The notes: generated by a model from the letters alone, not told the origin. Positions 20,252 through 31,273 are shown, counted from the stretch's first letter. The stretch: 64,000 nt of DNA from an uncultured Actinomycetota bacterium (GCA_963839395.1 CAWIUW010000002.1:64057-128056), one strand, 5' to 3'. A program made the numbers and translations.

Positions 20252-22485
20252 CAGGAGGAGATCTGGCGAGCGAACTCCTCGATCTCGAAGGCTTCGATCA
20301 CGTCGCCCTCCTTCACGTCTTGGAAGTTCTCGAGCCCGATGCCGCACTCGAACCCTTCGCGGACCTCCGCCACGTCGTCCTTGAAACGACGGAGCGAGCC
20401 CACCCGACCCTCGTAGACCACGACACCGTCACGGATCAGCCGAACCTGCGAGTTCCTGCGGATCGTGCCTCTCGTGACGTAGCAACCCGCGATCACGCCG
20501 AGCTTCGGCACGCGGAACGTTTGGCGGATCTCGGCCTCTCCGAGGATCGACTCGCGCTCCTCCGGCTTGAGCATGCCGGAGAGCGCTGCTTTCACGTCGT
20601 CGATCGCGTCGTAGATGACTCGATACAGCCGGATGTCGACGCCCTCCTGCTCCGCCAGCTCACGGGCGTTCGCGTTCGGTCGGACGTTGAAGCCGACGAC
20701 GATGGCGCTCGCCGTCTTCGCGAGATCCACGTCGTGCTCCGTGATCGCGCCGGCGCCCGAGTGGACGAGGTTGACCCGCACCTCGTCCTGCGGCAGCTTC
20801 AGGAACGCGTCCGTGAGCGCTCCGAGCGAACCCTGGACGTCTGCCTTCACGACGAGGTTCAGCTCCGGGATGTCCTGGCGCTCCTGGCGGCGGAGCAACT
20901 CTTGCAGGGACGCAGGCCGCTGGTTCACGACCTCGGCCGACCGGACGCGCGACTCTCGCTCGGCAGCCACATGCCGGGCCTCGCGTTCGTCCTCGACCTC
21001 GCGGAACTCGTCGCCGACATTGGGAACACCGTTCCAGCCGAGCACCTGCACCGGCTTCGCCGGGCCGGCAACGTCGACGGGTCGCCCGTTCTCGTCGACC
21101 ATCGCGCGCACCTTGCAGTACGTGGTGCCGCACACGAGGGCATCGCCCACCTCGAGCGTCCCCTTCTGCACCAGCACGGTGGCCACCGGGCCTCGGCCCT
21201 TGTCGAGGTGCGCCTCGAGGACGGTGCCACGTGCAGGGCCGGTCGGGTCTCCCTTGAGCTCGGCGAGGTCGGCGACGATCAATACCGTCTCCAGCAGCCC
21301 ATCCAGGTTCGCGTTGGTCTTCGCGGACACGTCCACGAACTCGGTCTCGCCGCCCCACTCCGAAGGGACGAGGCCGCGCTCCACCATCTGGGTCCGCACG
21401 CGGTTCGCGTCGGCCTCCTCCTTGTCGATCTTGTTGACCGCCACGATCACCGGCACACCCGCGGCTCTCGCGTGATCGAGCGCCTCGACGGTCTGCGGCA
21501 TCACGCCGTCGTCGGCGGCCACGACGAGCACCGCGATGTCGGTGATCTGCGCGCCGCGGGCGCGCATCGCCGTGAAGGCTTCGTGCCCGGGGGTGTCGAT
21601 GAACGTGATCTCACGCCCGTTGACGTGCGCCTGGTACGCCCCGATGTGCTGGGTGATCCCGCCGAACTCGCCGGAGACCACGTCCGTCACCCGGATCGCG
21701 TCGAGGAGCTTCGTCTTGCCGTGGTCGACGTGACCCATCACCGTGACGACCGGCGACCGAGGCACGAGCTTCGACTCGTCCACCTCGTCCTCACGTTCGC
21801 GTTCCTCGGCCTGGATCTCGTCTTCGAGACCGACGACCTCCACGTGATAGCCGAGCTCGGATCCGAGCGTCTGCAGCGCCTCGTCGGAGAGCGAGGTGGT
21901 CGCGGTGACCATCTCCCCCGACATGAAGAGGATCTTCACGATCTCGGCCGGGGACCGGTTGGTCTTCTCGGCGAAGAGCTGCGGGGTCGACCCCCTGACC
22001 ACCTGCAAGACCCCCTCGGGCGGCGCGTCCGGCGCAGGGGCGACCGGCGCCGGAGCGGTCAGGACCTGCGTGGGTGCCGCCCCGGGGGCCGAAGCCGGCG
22101 CGGTCGCGGGCGGGGCCGCCGCGGCGGGAGCGGGCGTCGGGGGAGCGGCCGGGGAAGGAACCGATGTCGGGGCAGCGGGCGCCGCCGGGGCGGGGCGGGG
22201 TCCGTCGCCTTCCGGCTCGGGCTTCTCAGCGGCGGGTGCGGCGGCGGCTTTCGGCGCCGCCGGCTTCTTCGGCTTGGGCTTGGCCCGCGGCTTCGGTGGC
22301 GGCTCCATGACCTGGCGAGGTTTCGCGGCCTTCGTCGCCTTGCCGCCGGATGCCCGGAGCCGCGGCACGAGGTCCTCGGGCACGCTCGAGGAGGCGGATT
22401 TCCCCGCCACACCCATCTTCTCGAGCGTCTCCAGCAGCTCTTTGCTGGACACGCCGAGCTCCTTCGCGAGCTCGTGGATCCTCAT
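20251..22485 (-). CDS. infB: translation initiation factor IF-2
   Basis: [37 protein letters not shown]. Confidence 0.98.
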   Translation of the reverse strand: MRIHELAKELGVSSKELLETLEKMGVAGKSASSSVPEDLVPRLRASGGKATKAAKPRQVMEPPPKPRAKPKPKKPAAPKAAAAPAAEKPEPEGDGPRPAPAAPAAPTSVPSPAAPPTPAPAAAAPPATAPASAPGAAPTQVLTAPAPVAPAPDAPPEGVLQVVRGSTPQLFAEKTNRSPAEIVKILFMSGEMVTATTSLSDEALQTLGSELGYHVEVVGLEDEIQAEEREREDEVDESKLVPRSPVVTVMGHVDHGKTKLLDAIRVTDVVSGEFGGITQHIGAYQAHVNGREITFIDTPGHEAFTAMRARGAQITDIAVLVVAADDGVMPQTVEALDHARAAGVPVIVAVNKIDKEEADANRVRTQMVERGLVPSEWGGETEFVDVSAKTNANLDGLLETVLIVADLAELKGDPTGPARGTVLEAHLDKGRGPVATVLVQKGTLEVGDALVCGTTYCKVRAMVDENGRPVDVAGPAKPVQVLGWNGVPNVGDEFREVEDEREARHVAAERESRVRSAEVVNQRPASLQELLRRQERQDIPELNLVVKADVQGSLGALTDAFLKLPQDEVRVNLVHSGAGAITEHDVDLAKTASAIVVGFNVRPNANARELAEQEGVDIRLYRVIYDAIDDVKAALSGMLKPEERESILGEAEIRQTFRVPKLGVIAGCYVTRGTIRRNSQVRLIRDGVVVYEGRVGSLRRFKDDVAEVREGFECGIGLENFQDVKEGDVIEAFEIEEFARQISS

Positions 22486-22751
22486 GTCGCCTGGAACGCC
22501 TCCTCGATCTCACTCTTTAGCCTAGCGAGTTCCTCTTTGGTCAACCCCGTACGCAGCGCGCTCGTGAACGCACCCTTCCGCAACGCCTCCGCCACACACG
22601 CCGGGTCGCGGTGGACATACGCACCTCTTCCCGGTGCCGTGCCGTGCGGGTCGACCCGCACGCCTGCCGGCGTGCGCGCGACCCGCAGGAGCTCAGCCTT
22701 CCTCGCCCGCATCCGGCACCCGACGCACGAACGTTCCGGCTCGTGCGCCAC
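22482..22751 (-). CDS. YlxR/RnpM family protein (DUF448)
   Basis: PERSCVGCR...ELLRV...GRGAY; lies between nusA and infB. Confidence 0.9.
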   Translation of the reverse strand: MAHEPERSCVGCRMRARKAELLRVARTPAGVRVDPHGTAPGRGAYVHRDPACVAEALRKGAFTSALRTGLTKEELARLKSEIEEAFQAT

Positions 22752-22757
22752 GTCTCG

Positions 22758-24029
22758 TCATTCCCCCGCCGGCGCCTCCGCTGGCGCGGCTTCGGCCGGC
22801 ATCTCGTCCACCGCGACCGGTTCGGCGGCGACCGGTTCGGCCTCGACGGGCTCGACCTCCTCAGGCGTGGGCTCGGCTCCGGCGCCTGTTGCCACGTCTT
22901 CCTCGGTCTCCGCGGGCGCTTCCCCGGGTGCTGCCGGCGGCTCCTCCTCGGGCACGACCGGCGCCGGGACGACGGCGGGCGCCGCCGGCTCCGCCGCCTG
23001 GCTCTCGGACTTGATGTCGATCCGCCAGCCGGTCAAACGGGCGGCCAGCCTCGCGTTCTGACCCTCCCTGCCGATCGCGAGCGACAGCTGGTAGTCGGGG
23101 ACGATCACGAGGGCGGTCTGGGTCTCGGGGTTCACCGTGACCTCCTTGACCTTCGCCGGCTGGAGCGCGTTCGCGACGAAGGTCGCCGATTCGTCCGACC
23201 ACGGGACCACGTCGATCTTCTCCCCGCGCAGCTCGTTCACCACCATCCGCACCCGCGAGCCCTTCGGGCCGACGCACGCACCGACCGGATCCACGGCGGG
23301 CTCGTTGGAGGCCACCGCGATCTTCGAGCGGTGTCCCGGCTCCCGGGCCACGGCCATGATCTCGACGATCCCCTCGTTGATCTCCGGGACCTCGAGCGCG
23401 AACAGTGCTTTCAGCAGACCGGGATGCGTCCGCGACACGACGATCTGTGGTCCCTTCGTCCCTCGACGGACCTCCGTGATGAACGCCTTGAGGCGCTCGC
23501 CGTGCCGAAGCGGCTCCGACGGTACCTGCTCGCCTTGTGGAAGCAGCGCCTCCACCTTGCCGAGGTCGAGCAGCGTGTACCTGCGTTCCTGCTGCTGGAC
23601 GATGCCGGTGACCACGTCGCCCTCACGGCCGGCGAACTCCTCGTAGGTCATCTCGCGCTCCGCGTCCCGGAGCTTCTGGAAGATGACCTGCTTCGCCGTC
23701 TGGGCGCCGATCCGTCCCTTGAAGTCGTCGGTGACCTCGACCTCGGCCTCCGAGATGACCTTCATCTCGAGGCCGGGCTCGTCGCTCCCCTCGATCGGCG
23801 GCGTGTCGACCTCTTCGAGCTCCTGCTGCCACATGCGAAGATCCCCCGTCTCGGGGTCGATCACGGCGCGGAACCCGACGAACTCGTCGCTCCCCTCAGG
23901 GTGCTCCTGCTTCCAATGCGCTTTGTAGGCGGAGGCCATCGCCTCCTCCAACCCACCCAGGATCGTTTCGAACGCGACGCCCTTCTCCCGCTCGAGCTCT
24001 CGCAGTGCGGCGATCATCTCGGCGTTCAT
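22758..24029 (-). CDS. nusA: transcription factor NusA with acidic C-terminal tail
   Basis: GRIGAQTAKQV, DPVGACVGPKGSRV, LSLAIGREGQNARLA. Confidence 0.97.
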   Translation of the reverse strand: MNAEMIAALRELEREKGVAFETILGGLEEAMASAYKAHWKQEHPEGSDEFVGFRAVIDPETGDLRMWQQELEEVDTPPIEGSDEPGLEMKVISEAEVEVTDDFKGRIGAQTAKQVIFQKLRDAEREMTYEEFAGREGDVVTGIVQQQERRYTLLDLGKVEALLPQGEQVPSEPLRHGERLKAFITEVRRGTKGPQIVVSRTHPGLLKALFALEVPEINEGIVEIMAVAREPGHRSKIAVASNEPAVDPVGACVGPKGSRVRMVVNELRGEKIDVVPWSDESATFVANALQPAKVKEVTVNPETQTALVIVPDYQLSLAIGREGQNARLAARLTGWRIDIKSESQAAEPAAPAVVPAPVVPEEEPPAAPGEAPAETEEDVATGAGAEPTPEEVEPVEAEPVAAEPVAVDEMPAEAAPAEAPAGE

Positions 24030-24511
24030 CGGTCGCTCCCCTTCAACTCCGCGTCCCAGTCCACGACGGTCCTGGCCGCGGCGACCTCCTCGATGGCGAC
24101 GCGATGCTCGTCGTCGTGGGCGGCGATGCGGATCTCATCCTCTTCGGCAGCGCGCAGCTCACCCTCGAGCACGCCCTCGCCGGTCTTCACCCGCACCCGC
24201 TGACCCACGGCGCGGCGGAAATCCTGCGGACGGCGCAGCGGCCGCTCGATCCCCGGCGTGGTCACCTCCAGGGCGTACGGACCGGGCTCGAACCCTTCCA
24301 GGTCGAGGCGGCGCGACACCTTCTGCGAGAGCTGCGAGATCGTGTCGAGATCGACGCCGCCCTCCCTGTCGACCGTGAGACGGAGGATGCGACGCCCGTC
24401 CTCGCGCCCGAAGGTCACGTCGACGAGCTCGAGTCCTTCACCCTCGATCACGGGTCTGACCAGCGGCTCCGCGTCCACGTTCCCCTCCTCTCGCTCTCGG
24501 GTCGATGTCAC
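24026..24511 (-). CDS. rimP: ribosome maturation factor RimP
   Basis: YALEVTTPGIERPL; the start may be the GTG near 24478. Confidence 0.93.
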   Translation of the reverse strand: MTSTREREEGNVDAEPLVRPVIEGEGLELVDVTFGREDGRRILRLTVDREGGVDLDTISQLSQKVSRRLDLEGFEPGPYALEVTTPGIERPLRRPQDFRRAVGQRVRVKTGEGVLEGELRAAEEDEIRIAAHDDEHRVAIEEVAAARTVVDWDAELKGSDR

Positions 24512-24524
24512 CCCTCGAAAAAGA

Positions 24525-24580
24525 AAGTGGGCGGCGAGCCCACTTCCGGCCGTGCAGATCGTCGTCGACCAGCCAGTATA
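24525..24580 (-). promoter_or_regulatory. rimP promoter (-10 TATACT) and conserved rimP leader hairpin
   Basis: TATACT at 24580-24575; hairpin AAGTGGGC-N5-GCCCACTT at 24525-24545 followed by a T-run on the minus strand. Confidence 0.6.
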
Positions 24581-24615
24581 GACAGGGCTCCCAGGAACCG
24601 AGGAGACGCCCTGCG

Positions 24616-26323
24616 CTAGAGGGCGGTGCTCAAAGCGTCCGCGACCGCCTGCGCGGCCTCCGCCAGGGGAGCCTTGGTGCGCTCGCCCGTGGCTCGAGCT
24701 TTCAGGTCGACCGTGCCGGCCTCCAGACCACGGGATCCGACGACGACCTGCACGGGATACCCAACGAGGTCGGCGTCGGCGAACTTGACGCCCGCTCGCT
24801 CCTCACGATCGTCGAGGACGGCGTCGATCCCGCGTTCCCCTAGCTCCCGATAGATCCGCTCGGCCTCCTCGGCGACCGCCGGCGCGTCGGCGTTCGCCAT
24901 GATCACGGCGACCTCGTAGGGGGCGAGGAGCTTCGGCCAGATCATCCCGGCGTCGTCGTGGTGCTGCTCGATCACCGCCGCCATGATCCGGCTGATCCCG
25001 ATCCCGTAGGACCCCATCACGTAGTGACGCTGTGACCCGTCTTCGGCCTGATAGGTGGCCCCCAACGGCTCCGAGTAGTAGGTCCCGAGCTGATAGATGT
25101 GACCGACGACGATCGATCGTCCGATCTCCAGTCGTCCGCCGTCGACCGGACAGCGGTCCCCGTCGCGGATCTGGACCAGGTCCTCCCAGCGATCGACACG
25201 GAAGTCTCGATCGAGTGTGGCTCCGGTGACATGGACGTCCGGGCGATTCGCGCCGGTGGCCCAGTTGGCCCGCCCACGGATCGAGAGATCCGCGAAGACC
25301 GTCACCTCGGGTCCGAAACCCTGCGGCCCCACGAAGCCTTTGGCGAAACCCGTCCGCGTGAAGTCCTCGTCCTCGAATCGCCGGACGCGCTCGGGGAAAT
25401 GCAGAGCGGTCGAGCTTCTCCTCCCCCACCTCGCGATCCCCCGGTACCAGCACCGCGACCGTCCGGCCCTCGACGTCGAACATGATGCACTTCATCGTGG
25501 CCTCGGCCGGGACACCCATCTGCTCCACCATCAGGTCGATCGTCACCGCGCCCGGCGTCTCGACCTCGATGAGCGGCTGATCGTCGCCGGTTGCGGTCTC
25601 CGGCGCGCGCGGAGTGGCGGCCTCGGTGTCCGCGAGGTAGTCGCCGTTCTCGCAGCGGACGAAGAGATCCTCGCCGACGTCCGCCAGCGCCATGAACTCG
25701 TGGTTGATGCCGCCGCCGATCGTGCCCGGATCCGCCTCGACGATCACGTGGTCCAGGCCGAGGCGGTCGAACACGCGCTGGTACGCCTCGTACATCACGC
25801 GGTAGGACTCGCGCATCCCGTCCTCGTCACGGTCGAACGTGTACGCGTCCTTCATCAGGAACTCGCGTGCGCGCAGCAGCCCGTACCGCGGCCTGAACTC
25901 GTCGCGGTACTTCCACTCCACCTGGTAGATGTTCACCGGCAGGTCGCGGTACGAGGGGAACTCCTGCTGCACGAGCGGAGCCGCGATCTCCTCCTGTGTC
26001 GGACCGAGGACGAACTGCCGTCCGTGACGATCCTGCAGCCGGAACATCAGGTCCCCGTAGGCATCCCATCGACCCGTGAGCTTCCACGGCTCGGCGTGCA
26101 GGACGATCGGCATGCGGAGCTCCTGGGCTCCGGACGCGTCCATCTCCTCGCGCACGATCCGTTCGATCTTGCTCATCGTTCGCAGCCCGAGGGGCATCGA
26201 GGTGTAGATCCCCGCCGCCACCTTCCGGATGAACGCCGCTCTCAGGAGGAGTCGGTGCGACGGGACCTCGGCCTCGGCCGGATCCTCCCGCAGCGTGCGC
26301 GCGAACAGCTTGGAAACCCGCAT
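24616..26323 (-). CDS. proS: proline--tRNA ligase (frameshifted near 25405)
   Basis: LGPTQEE and RPRYGLLRAREFLMKDAY in frame 1; GHIYQLGTYYS, MGSYGIG and AGVKFADADLVG in frame 2. Confidence 0.93.
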
Positions 26324-26365
26324 GGAACGAACAAGGATACCGGCGGGCTCGTGCCCGTCGGGCCG

Positions 26366-27949
26366 CTACACGTCCGTGAGGGTGGCGATCACCTGTTGCC
26401 AGAGATCGGTCGTGGTTCCTCCCACGTCGTCGTCGATCGGATATTGGCCGTAGGCCGCCATCGCCGTCGGATCCAGCGGATCCCGCGAGATGGCCGTGTA
26501 GTCACCCCACCGCTCCAGGCCGGACCCGTATTCGTATCGGCCGTCGCCCGCGTGGATGAGCACGGAAGCGGCACCGGTCGCACCCGGCTGCACCACGCCC
26601 GCGTAGGCCGCCAGGCATTGGGTGGCTCCCGACCGCGCGTAGTTCACCCAGAGCTTGCCGTCACCATCGGTCGCCACGGAGGGCCAGGCGAGGTCGCGAC
26701 CGACGGCGGCCACGCGGCCTTTGCGGCTCACGTTCGAGTCCGCCAAGGGCGAGGCCGGATCGACCTCCCACCAACGGATCACCGACTCCACGGCGCCGCC
26801 ACCGACGTTGCCTCGGATCGCGGTGGCCGTGAAGAGGCGTCCGAGTGCGCCGTCCCAGAAGGATGAGGTCAGTCGAAGGTCACCGGTATCCCACTTGGTC
26901 TGGAGGCCGGATGTGTTCCCGCATTGTCGCCCGAAGGGGGGGAAGTCCATCGCGCCCCCACCCAGCGACACCCGGGTCAGCTTCAGGACGCCGTTCACGA
27001 CCTTCAGCCGCCACAGGATCAGCTTGCCGGTCGAACCGTTGTAGTCGAGCGACGTCATGAACTGTGTCGTCGGTGCGCCGCCGATCGAGATGGCCGGCAC
27101 GATCGTGAACGCCCGAGAGCCGTCCGGATCATCCGTCTGGTTCCGGCTGAAGACCTTGATCGGGACGACCGGTACCGAGCAATCGTAGAGCTGGGCCTTG
27201 CGGAACGAGATGACCTGCGCGTATCGGAACCCACCGGCGAACGGCGCGTCGGAGTAGTCGAACTGGTTGGTGGTGAGCGTCACCCTGTCCTCGGTGAATC
27301 CGACCATCGGGTAGTCGGCGAGTTGCTTCCCGTTGCCGGCGACCTGGTCGCCGGACATGTGGAGCACGCACCAGTCCGCGGTGGTCCCCTCGGATCCCTC
27401 GGGGATCACGACGAGGGAAAGGAAGCTCTGCGTGCTGCTCGCGGACGCGAACGCCAAGATGAAGTGCTGGCGGTAGTGGTCGTAGACCACCTTGGGGTCG
27501 AAGTCGTCGACTCCCGCGGGGAGCGCGTCATCGAGCGATCGGAGGCGCCTGGGCGGATCCAACTCGAGCCCCGCCCGATCGTAGAACGCCATGTGGACGT
27601 TCACGGCCGCGAGATGGTGGGTGACCCCGAGCGCGCCGGTCGGATCCCCCGGCGAGACGACCGCGAGGTCGGAGACGCCGTCGAACGTCGGGGGAACGAC
27701 GGTCGGAGCGAGCATCCCTCCGCTCGGACCCGACACCGATCCCGACGGAACTGCCGGACCCTCGCGGAGATCGCTCCCCGGGCGAACCAGCCTCGGTAGC
27801 GGGGTCGATCTGGGCCCTCCCGAAGCGGCGACTCCGATCCCCGCGACATGGACCTTGGGGGAACGATCCAGCGCGCTCTCGGACCGCGCGGGTATGGGCA
27901 TGGCGAGCACCGCGACGAGTGCCGTGAGCCCCCAGGTGAGACGACGCAT
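26366..27949 (-). CDS. secreted hypothetical protein (probable beta-propeller)
   Basis: GGAGG SD then MRRLTWGLTALVAVLAMP signal peptide; DPKVVYD, ADYPMVG and RWGDY motifs. Confidence 0.7.
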   Translation of the reverse strand: MRRLTWGLTALVAVLAMPIPARSESALDRSPKVHVAGIGVAASGGPRSTPLPRLVRPGSDLREGPAVPSGSVSGPSGGMLAPTVVPPTFDGVSDLAVVSPGDPTGALGVTHHLAAVNVHMAFYDRAGLELDPPRRLRSLDDALPAGVDDFDPKVVYDHYRQHFILAFASASSTQSFLSLVVIPEGSEGTTADWCVLHMSGDQVAGNGKQLADYPMVGFTEDRVTLTTNQFDYSDAPFAGGFRYAQVISFRKAQLYDCSVPVVPIKVFSRNQTDDPDGSRAFTIVPAISIGGAPTTQFMTSLDYNGSTGKLILWRLKVVNGVLKLTRVSLGGGAMDFPPFGRQCGNTSGLQTKWDTGDLRLTSSFWDGALGRLFTATAIRGNVGGGAVESVIRWWEVDPASPLADSNVSRKGRVAAVGRDLAWPSVATDGDGKLWVNYARSGATQCLAAYAGVVQPGATGAASVLIHAGDGRYEYGSGLERWGDYTAISRDPLDPTAMAAYGQYPIDDDVGGTTTDLWQQVIATLTDV

Positions 27950-28056
27950 CGAGGCATCCCTCCGATGACTCTGTGCGGCGTCCTGCCGCCGCGTGAGTCG
28001 ACAACGGTAACAGGCCGTTGACTCCGCACGAACCGGGATGGGACCATCCACCCGCG

Positions 28057-28125
28057 ATGACGGCAGCGAGGGAGAGCTGGGCGTGGCCGATGGGCTCGAT
28101 GAGCCCCGGGCCGCCGTCGCGCTGA
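28057..28125 (+). CDS. trpL: putative trp leader peptide MTAARESWAWPMGSMSPGPPSR
   Basis: 22-codon ORF with two TGG codons directly upstream of a hairpin and trpE; not in the ORF track. Confidence 0.6.
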   Translation: MTAARESWAWPMGSMSPGPPSR

Positions 28126-28175
28126 TCCCGTTCACACCCGAAAGCGACGAGCCCCGGAGATCCCGGGGCTCCTTC
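28107..28175 (+). terminator. attenuator: terminator GAGCCCCGG-AGATC-CCGGGGCTC (28149-28171) with overlapping antiterminator
   Basis: 9-bp perfect stem; 28108-28120 can instead pair with 28144-28154. The U-tract is weak. Confidence 0.55.
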
Positions 28176-28196
28176 ATGACAGGAGCGGAGACGTCC

Positions 28197-29711
28197 TTGG
28201 ACGAGCAGCAAGGCGGTTCGCGCGCGCCGAGGCTGGCGATGCACCCGGATCGAGAAGGGTTCGACGCCCTCGCCCGAGAGTGGGCGCTCGTTCCCGTGTG
28301 GGCCGAACTGCTGGCCGACGTGTCCACACCGGTCGGTCTGTTCCCCGCCGTGGCGGGGGAGGGCCCGGGCATCCTGCTGGAATCCGTGGAGCGCTCCGAG
28401 CGCTGGGGTCGATACTCATTCGTCGGAGGTGATCCGGCGGCGACGCTGATCCTGGACGGGTCGGGACTCCGTATCCAGGATGCGGTTCGAGACCTGCCCC
28501 TCGAGATCGGGAACCGGGGCTCGGCTCGGGAGGAGCTGATCGCCGCGGCGCGCTCGATCCGTGGGCCGCGCCTGCCCGACCTTCCTCCCCTCACGGGCGG
28601 CCTGATGGGGTACCTCGCCTACGAAGCTGCCGGACTGCTCGATGGCCACCCGGCACCCCATCCCGAGGAGGCGCCGTGTCCGCCGATCGGTCTCCTCGCG
28701 ATCGACCGAGCGGTGGTCTTCGACCACTGGCGTCAGCGGCTCATCCTCGTCGCGCACGTCCCGGCCGGAGGCTACGACGGCGGCGTCGCGGCCCTGGAGG
28801 ATCTCGCCGCTCGGATCGCGTCGGCCGCGACGCCGGCACTCGCCACGATGAACGGAACCGGAACGACCGGGGTCGGTGACTCGAACATGGCGGATGACGA
28901 CTACCGGGGGATCGTCTCCTCGTTCAAGGAGCACATCCTCGCCGGCGACATCTATCAAGGCGTCCCTTCGCGGAGGGTGTCGTTCGACGCACCGGAAGGT
29001 GGGTTCCCGATCTACCGGCGGCTGCGCGTCTCGAATCCCGCGCCGTACATGTTCTTCCTCCGGATGCTCGGCATGGAGCTCGCAGGGTCCTCGCCCGAAC
29101 CGCTCGTGCGCGTGGAGGGACGTCGGGTGTCCGCCCGGCCGATCGCCGGCACCCGACCGCGGGGACGCACGGAGGTCCGCGACCGCCTGCTCGAACACGA
29201 GCTGCTCGCCGACCCGAAGGAACAGGCGGAGCACGCGATGCTCGTCGACCTCGCACGCAACGACCTGGGTCGCGTGTGCGTTCCCGGCACCGTTCGCCCC
29301 ACGGAGCTGATGGAGGTCGAGAGATTCTCGAAGGTGATGCACATCGTCTCGACCGTCGAGGGCGACCTCCGGGAAGACCGACATCCGCTGGACGCCCTCG
29401 CGGCGACGTTCCCGGCAGGGACGGTCACCGGCGCACCGAAGCGCCGGGCGATGGAGCTGATCGCCGAACGAGAGCCGACCGCGCGCGGCCCCTACGCCGG
29501 CGCGGTCGGCTACCTCACGTTCGCCGGAGACCTCGACTTCTGCATCACGATCCGGACGGCGGTGGTCGCGGACGGCCGTGCCCACGTGCAGACGGGCGCG
29601 GGGGTGGTTGCCGACTCCGACCCGCAGACGGAGCTCGTCGAGACGAAGGCGAAGGCGGCGGCGTTGCTCCCGGCCGTCGGTACCCTCGTGGAGAGGGGGC
29701 GAGACGGATGA
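28197..29711 (+). CDS. trpE: anthranilate synthase component I
   Basis: LLESVE...WGRYSF, NPAPYMF, GSSPE, AEHAMLVDLARND, PAGTVTGAPK. Start uncertain (28176, 28197 or 28239). The Trp leader favours TrpE over PabB. Confidence 0.85.
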   Translation: MDEQQGGSRAPRLAMHPDREGFDALAREWALVPVWAELLADVSTPVGLFPAVAGEGPGILLESVERSERWGRYSFVGGDPAATLILDGSGLRIQDAVRDLPLEIGNRGSAREELIAAARSIRGPRLPDLPPLTGGLMGYLAYEAAGLLDGHPAPHPEEAPCPPIGLLAIDRAVVFDHWRQRLILVAHVPAGGYDGGVAALEDLAARIASAATPALATMNGTGTTGVGDSNMADDDYRGIVSSFKEHILAGDIYQGVPSRRVSFDAPEGGFPIYRRLRVSNPAPYMFFLRMLGMELAGSSPEPLVRVEGRRVSARPIAGTRPRGRTEVRDRLLEHELLADPKEQAEHAMLVDLARNDLGRVCVPGTVRPTELMEVERFSKVMHIVSTVEGDLREDRHPLDALAATFPAGTVTGAPKRRAMELIAEREPTARGPYAGAVGYLTFAGDLDFCITIRTAVVADGRAHVQTGAGVVADSDPQTELVETKAKAAALLPAVGTLVERGRDG

Positions 29712-30274
29712 TCCTCGTCGTGGATCACTACGACAGCTTCACGTACAACCTGGTCCAGCTGATCGAGGGGTTCGGCAGAGCCGCCGAGGTCGTGAAGTCC
29801 GACGAACTGCCGGCGGCCGAGCTCGTCGCCCGCGAGCCGGACGCCGTCGTCCTCTCCCCCGGTCCGGGTCACCCGAAGGACGCCGGATGCTTCCCGGAGC
29901 TCCTGCGCCTGCTGCCCGCGAGCACGCCGATCCTCGGCGTGTGCCTCGGCCATCAAGCGCTGGGCGTCGCGAGCGGGGGAACCGTCGACCGCACGACGCC
30001 GTTCCACGGGAAGGCATCCCTCGTGCACCACGAGGGGCGCGGGATCCTGGACGGCATCGCGAGCCCGTTCGAGGCGGGCAGATACCACTCGCTCGTGGTG
30101 ATGCGTGACGACCTCCCGGCCGAGCTCGAGCTCACCGCGTGGACGGAGGACGGGCTCGTGATGGCGACCCAGCACCGCGAGCTCCCCCGGTTCGGCGTCC
30201 AGTTCCACCCCGAGTCCATCCTCACGCCGGAGGGTCCGCGGATCGTCGAGAGCTTCCTGGCGCTGGCCGGTTGA
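29708..30274 (+). CDS. trpG: anthranilate synthase component II (glutamine amidotransferase)
   Basis: DHYDSFTYNL, LSPGPG, GVCLGHQ, QFHPES; ATGA overlap with trpE. Confidence 0.88.
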   Translation: MILVVDHYDSFTYNLVQLIEGFGRAAEVVKSDELPAAELVAREPDAVVLSPGPGHPKDAGCFPELLRLLPASTPILGVCLGHQALGVASGGTVDRTTPFHGKASLVHHEGRGILDGIASPFEAGRYHSLVVMRDDLPAELELTAWTEDGLVMATQHRELPRFGVQFHPESILTPEGPRIVESFLALAG

Positions 30275-30275
30275 G

Positions 30276-31232
30276 CTACGGCGCCGGGCAACCGGGCCCG
30301 TACGCGAACGCGCCGGAGTTGGACGCCACCCGGCAGGCGGAGGCATCGACCGCGACGAACGCACCGGCGGGCACCCGCTTCAGCTGATCGACGAACGAGT
30401 ACGTCCATCGCGGATCCACGGCTCCCTGGACGTACCAGTCGCTCCCGTTGTCCGCCACGATCACCCCGTAGCGCTTCATCGCGCGGAGCACGACCTGGGC
30501 CCGCACCGGATACCCGCTCATGTCGTACCCCGCCTTGAGCCGGAACCTCGCGCCCATGGGTGGGCACGTGGGATCCGCCACACCCGCGTGGTGACGTGCC
30601 GGCCAGACGTGGCTCCGACGGGTACAGCCGACGGTGAACCGCAGCGCGTGATGGATACCGGCGTTCGGCCCGAAGACCTCGTCGTAGCGAACGAGGCCGG
30701 GGAAGATCGGGAGTCCGGCCGCGTCGGCGCTGGTCCACCCGGCGGGGCGGAGGGCGTTGGAGTGCAGATCGAAGATCGCACCGCTGCCCGCGGTCGGGTG
30801 GCCTCCGTTCCGTCGGACGGCGAAGAGCTCGTACAGCACGCACGTCCCCTCGTCGATCATGATCGCGTGCCGGTCGGAGCCGCCCTCGATCCGCACGTCG
30901 CTTCCGAACGGATAGGGGCCGGGGTCACTCTCGTCGGCGTAGTGGAAGTCGATCGCGACCTTGGCGTGAGACGACGGCACGACGTCGAACGGGATCCCGT
31001 AGGACGGCGGGCCGAAGTCGGGGTGCAGGCGAGTCGAGCCTGCGTGGGTCGCGCGCTTCCACGTCGCGCTCTTCGGATGCACCGGGAGCTTGCGGACGTC
31101 CATGTTCCAGACGTTGTCGGCCGGGAACACGCCGCAGGAGGTGCCGGGCACGTCGGCCGCCGCGCTCGGCAGCACCGAGGGGCCGGACGCGAGCGCCAGG
31201 GTGGCAGCGCACAGCCCGAGGATCCTCTTCAC
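30276..31232 (-). CDS. conserved secreted hypothetical protein
   Basis: Signal peptide from the GTG at 31232; PADNVWN, DRH, WTSADAAGLPIFPGL, HALRFT and ADNGS motifs. Confidence 0.7.
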   Translation of the reverse strand: MKRILGLCAATLALASGPSVLPSAAADVPGTSCGVFPADNVWNMDVRKLPVHPKSATWKRATHAGSTRLHPDFGPPSYGIPFDVVPSSHAKVAIDFHYADESDPGPYPFGSDVRIEGGSDRHAIMIDEGTCVLYELFAVRRNGGHPTAGSGAIFDLHSNALRPAGWTSADAAGLPIFPGLVRYDEVFGPNAGIHHALRFTVGCTRRSHVWPARHHAGVADPTCPPMGARFRLKAGYDMSGYPVRAQVVLRAMKRYGVIVADNGSDWYVQGAVDPRWTYSFVDQLKRVPAGAFVAVDASACRVASNSGAFAYGPGCPAP

Positions 31233-31273
31233 GGACGAGGTATCGGCCGCCGCGACGGTCTCGTTGAGCGCGG

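Noticed and set aside
21990-22330. Pro/Ala-rich repetitive DNA
   Set aside because: Ordinary low-complexity linker in the IF-2 N-terminus.
20320-23061. Long antisense ORFs (also 1541-3358, 6748-9219, 10287-12353, 34848-37274)
   Set aside because: Shadow ORFs opposite well-supported genes, expected from high-GC codon bias.
25380-25420. Programmed ribosomal frameshift in proS
   Set aside because: No canonical slippery site or precedent, and several similar indels occur elsewhere in the window.
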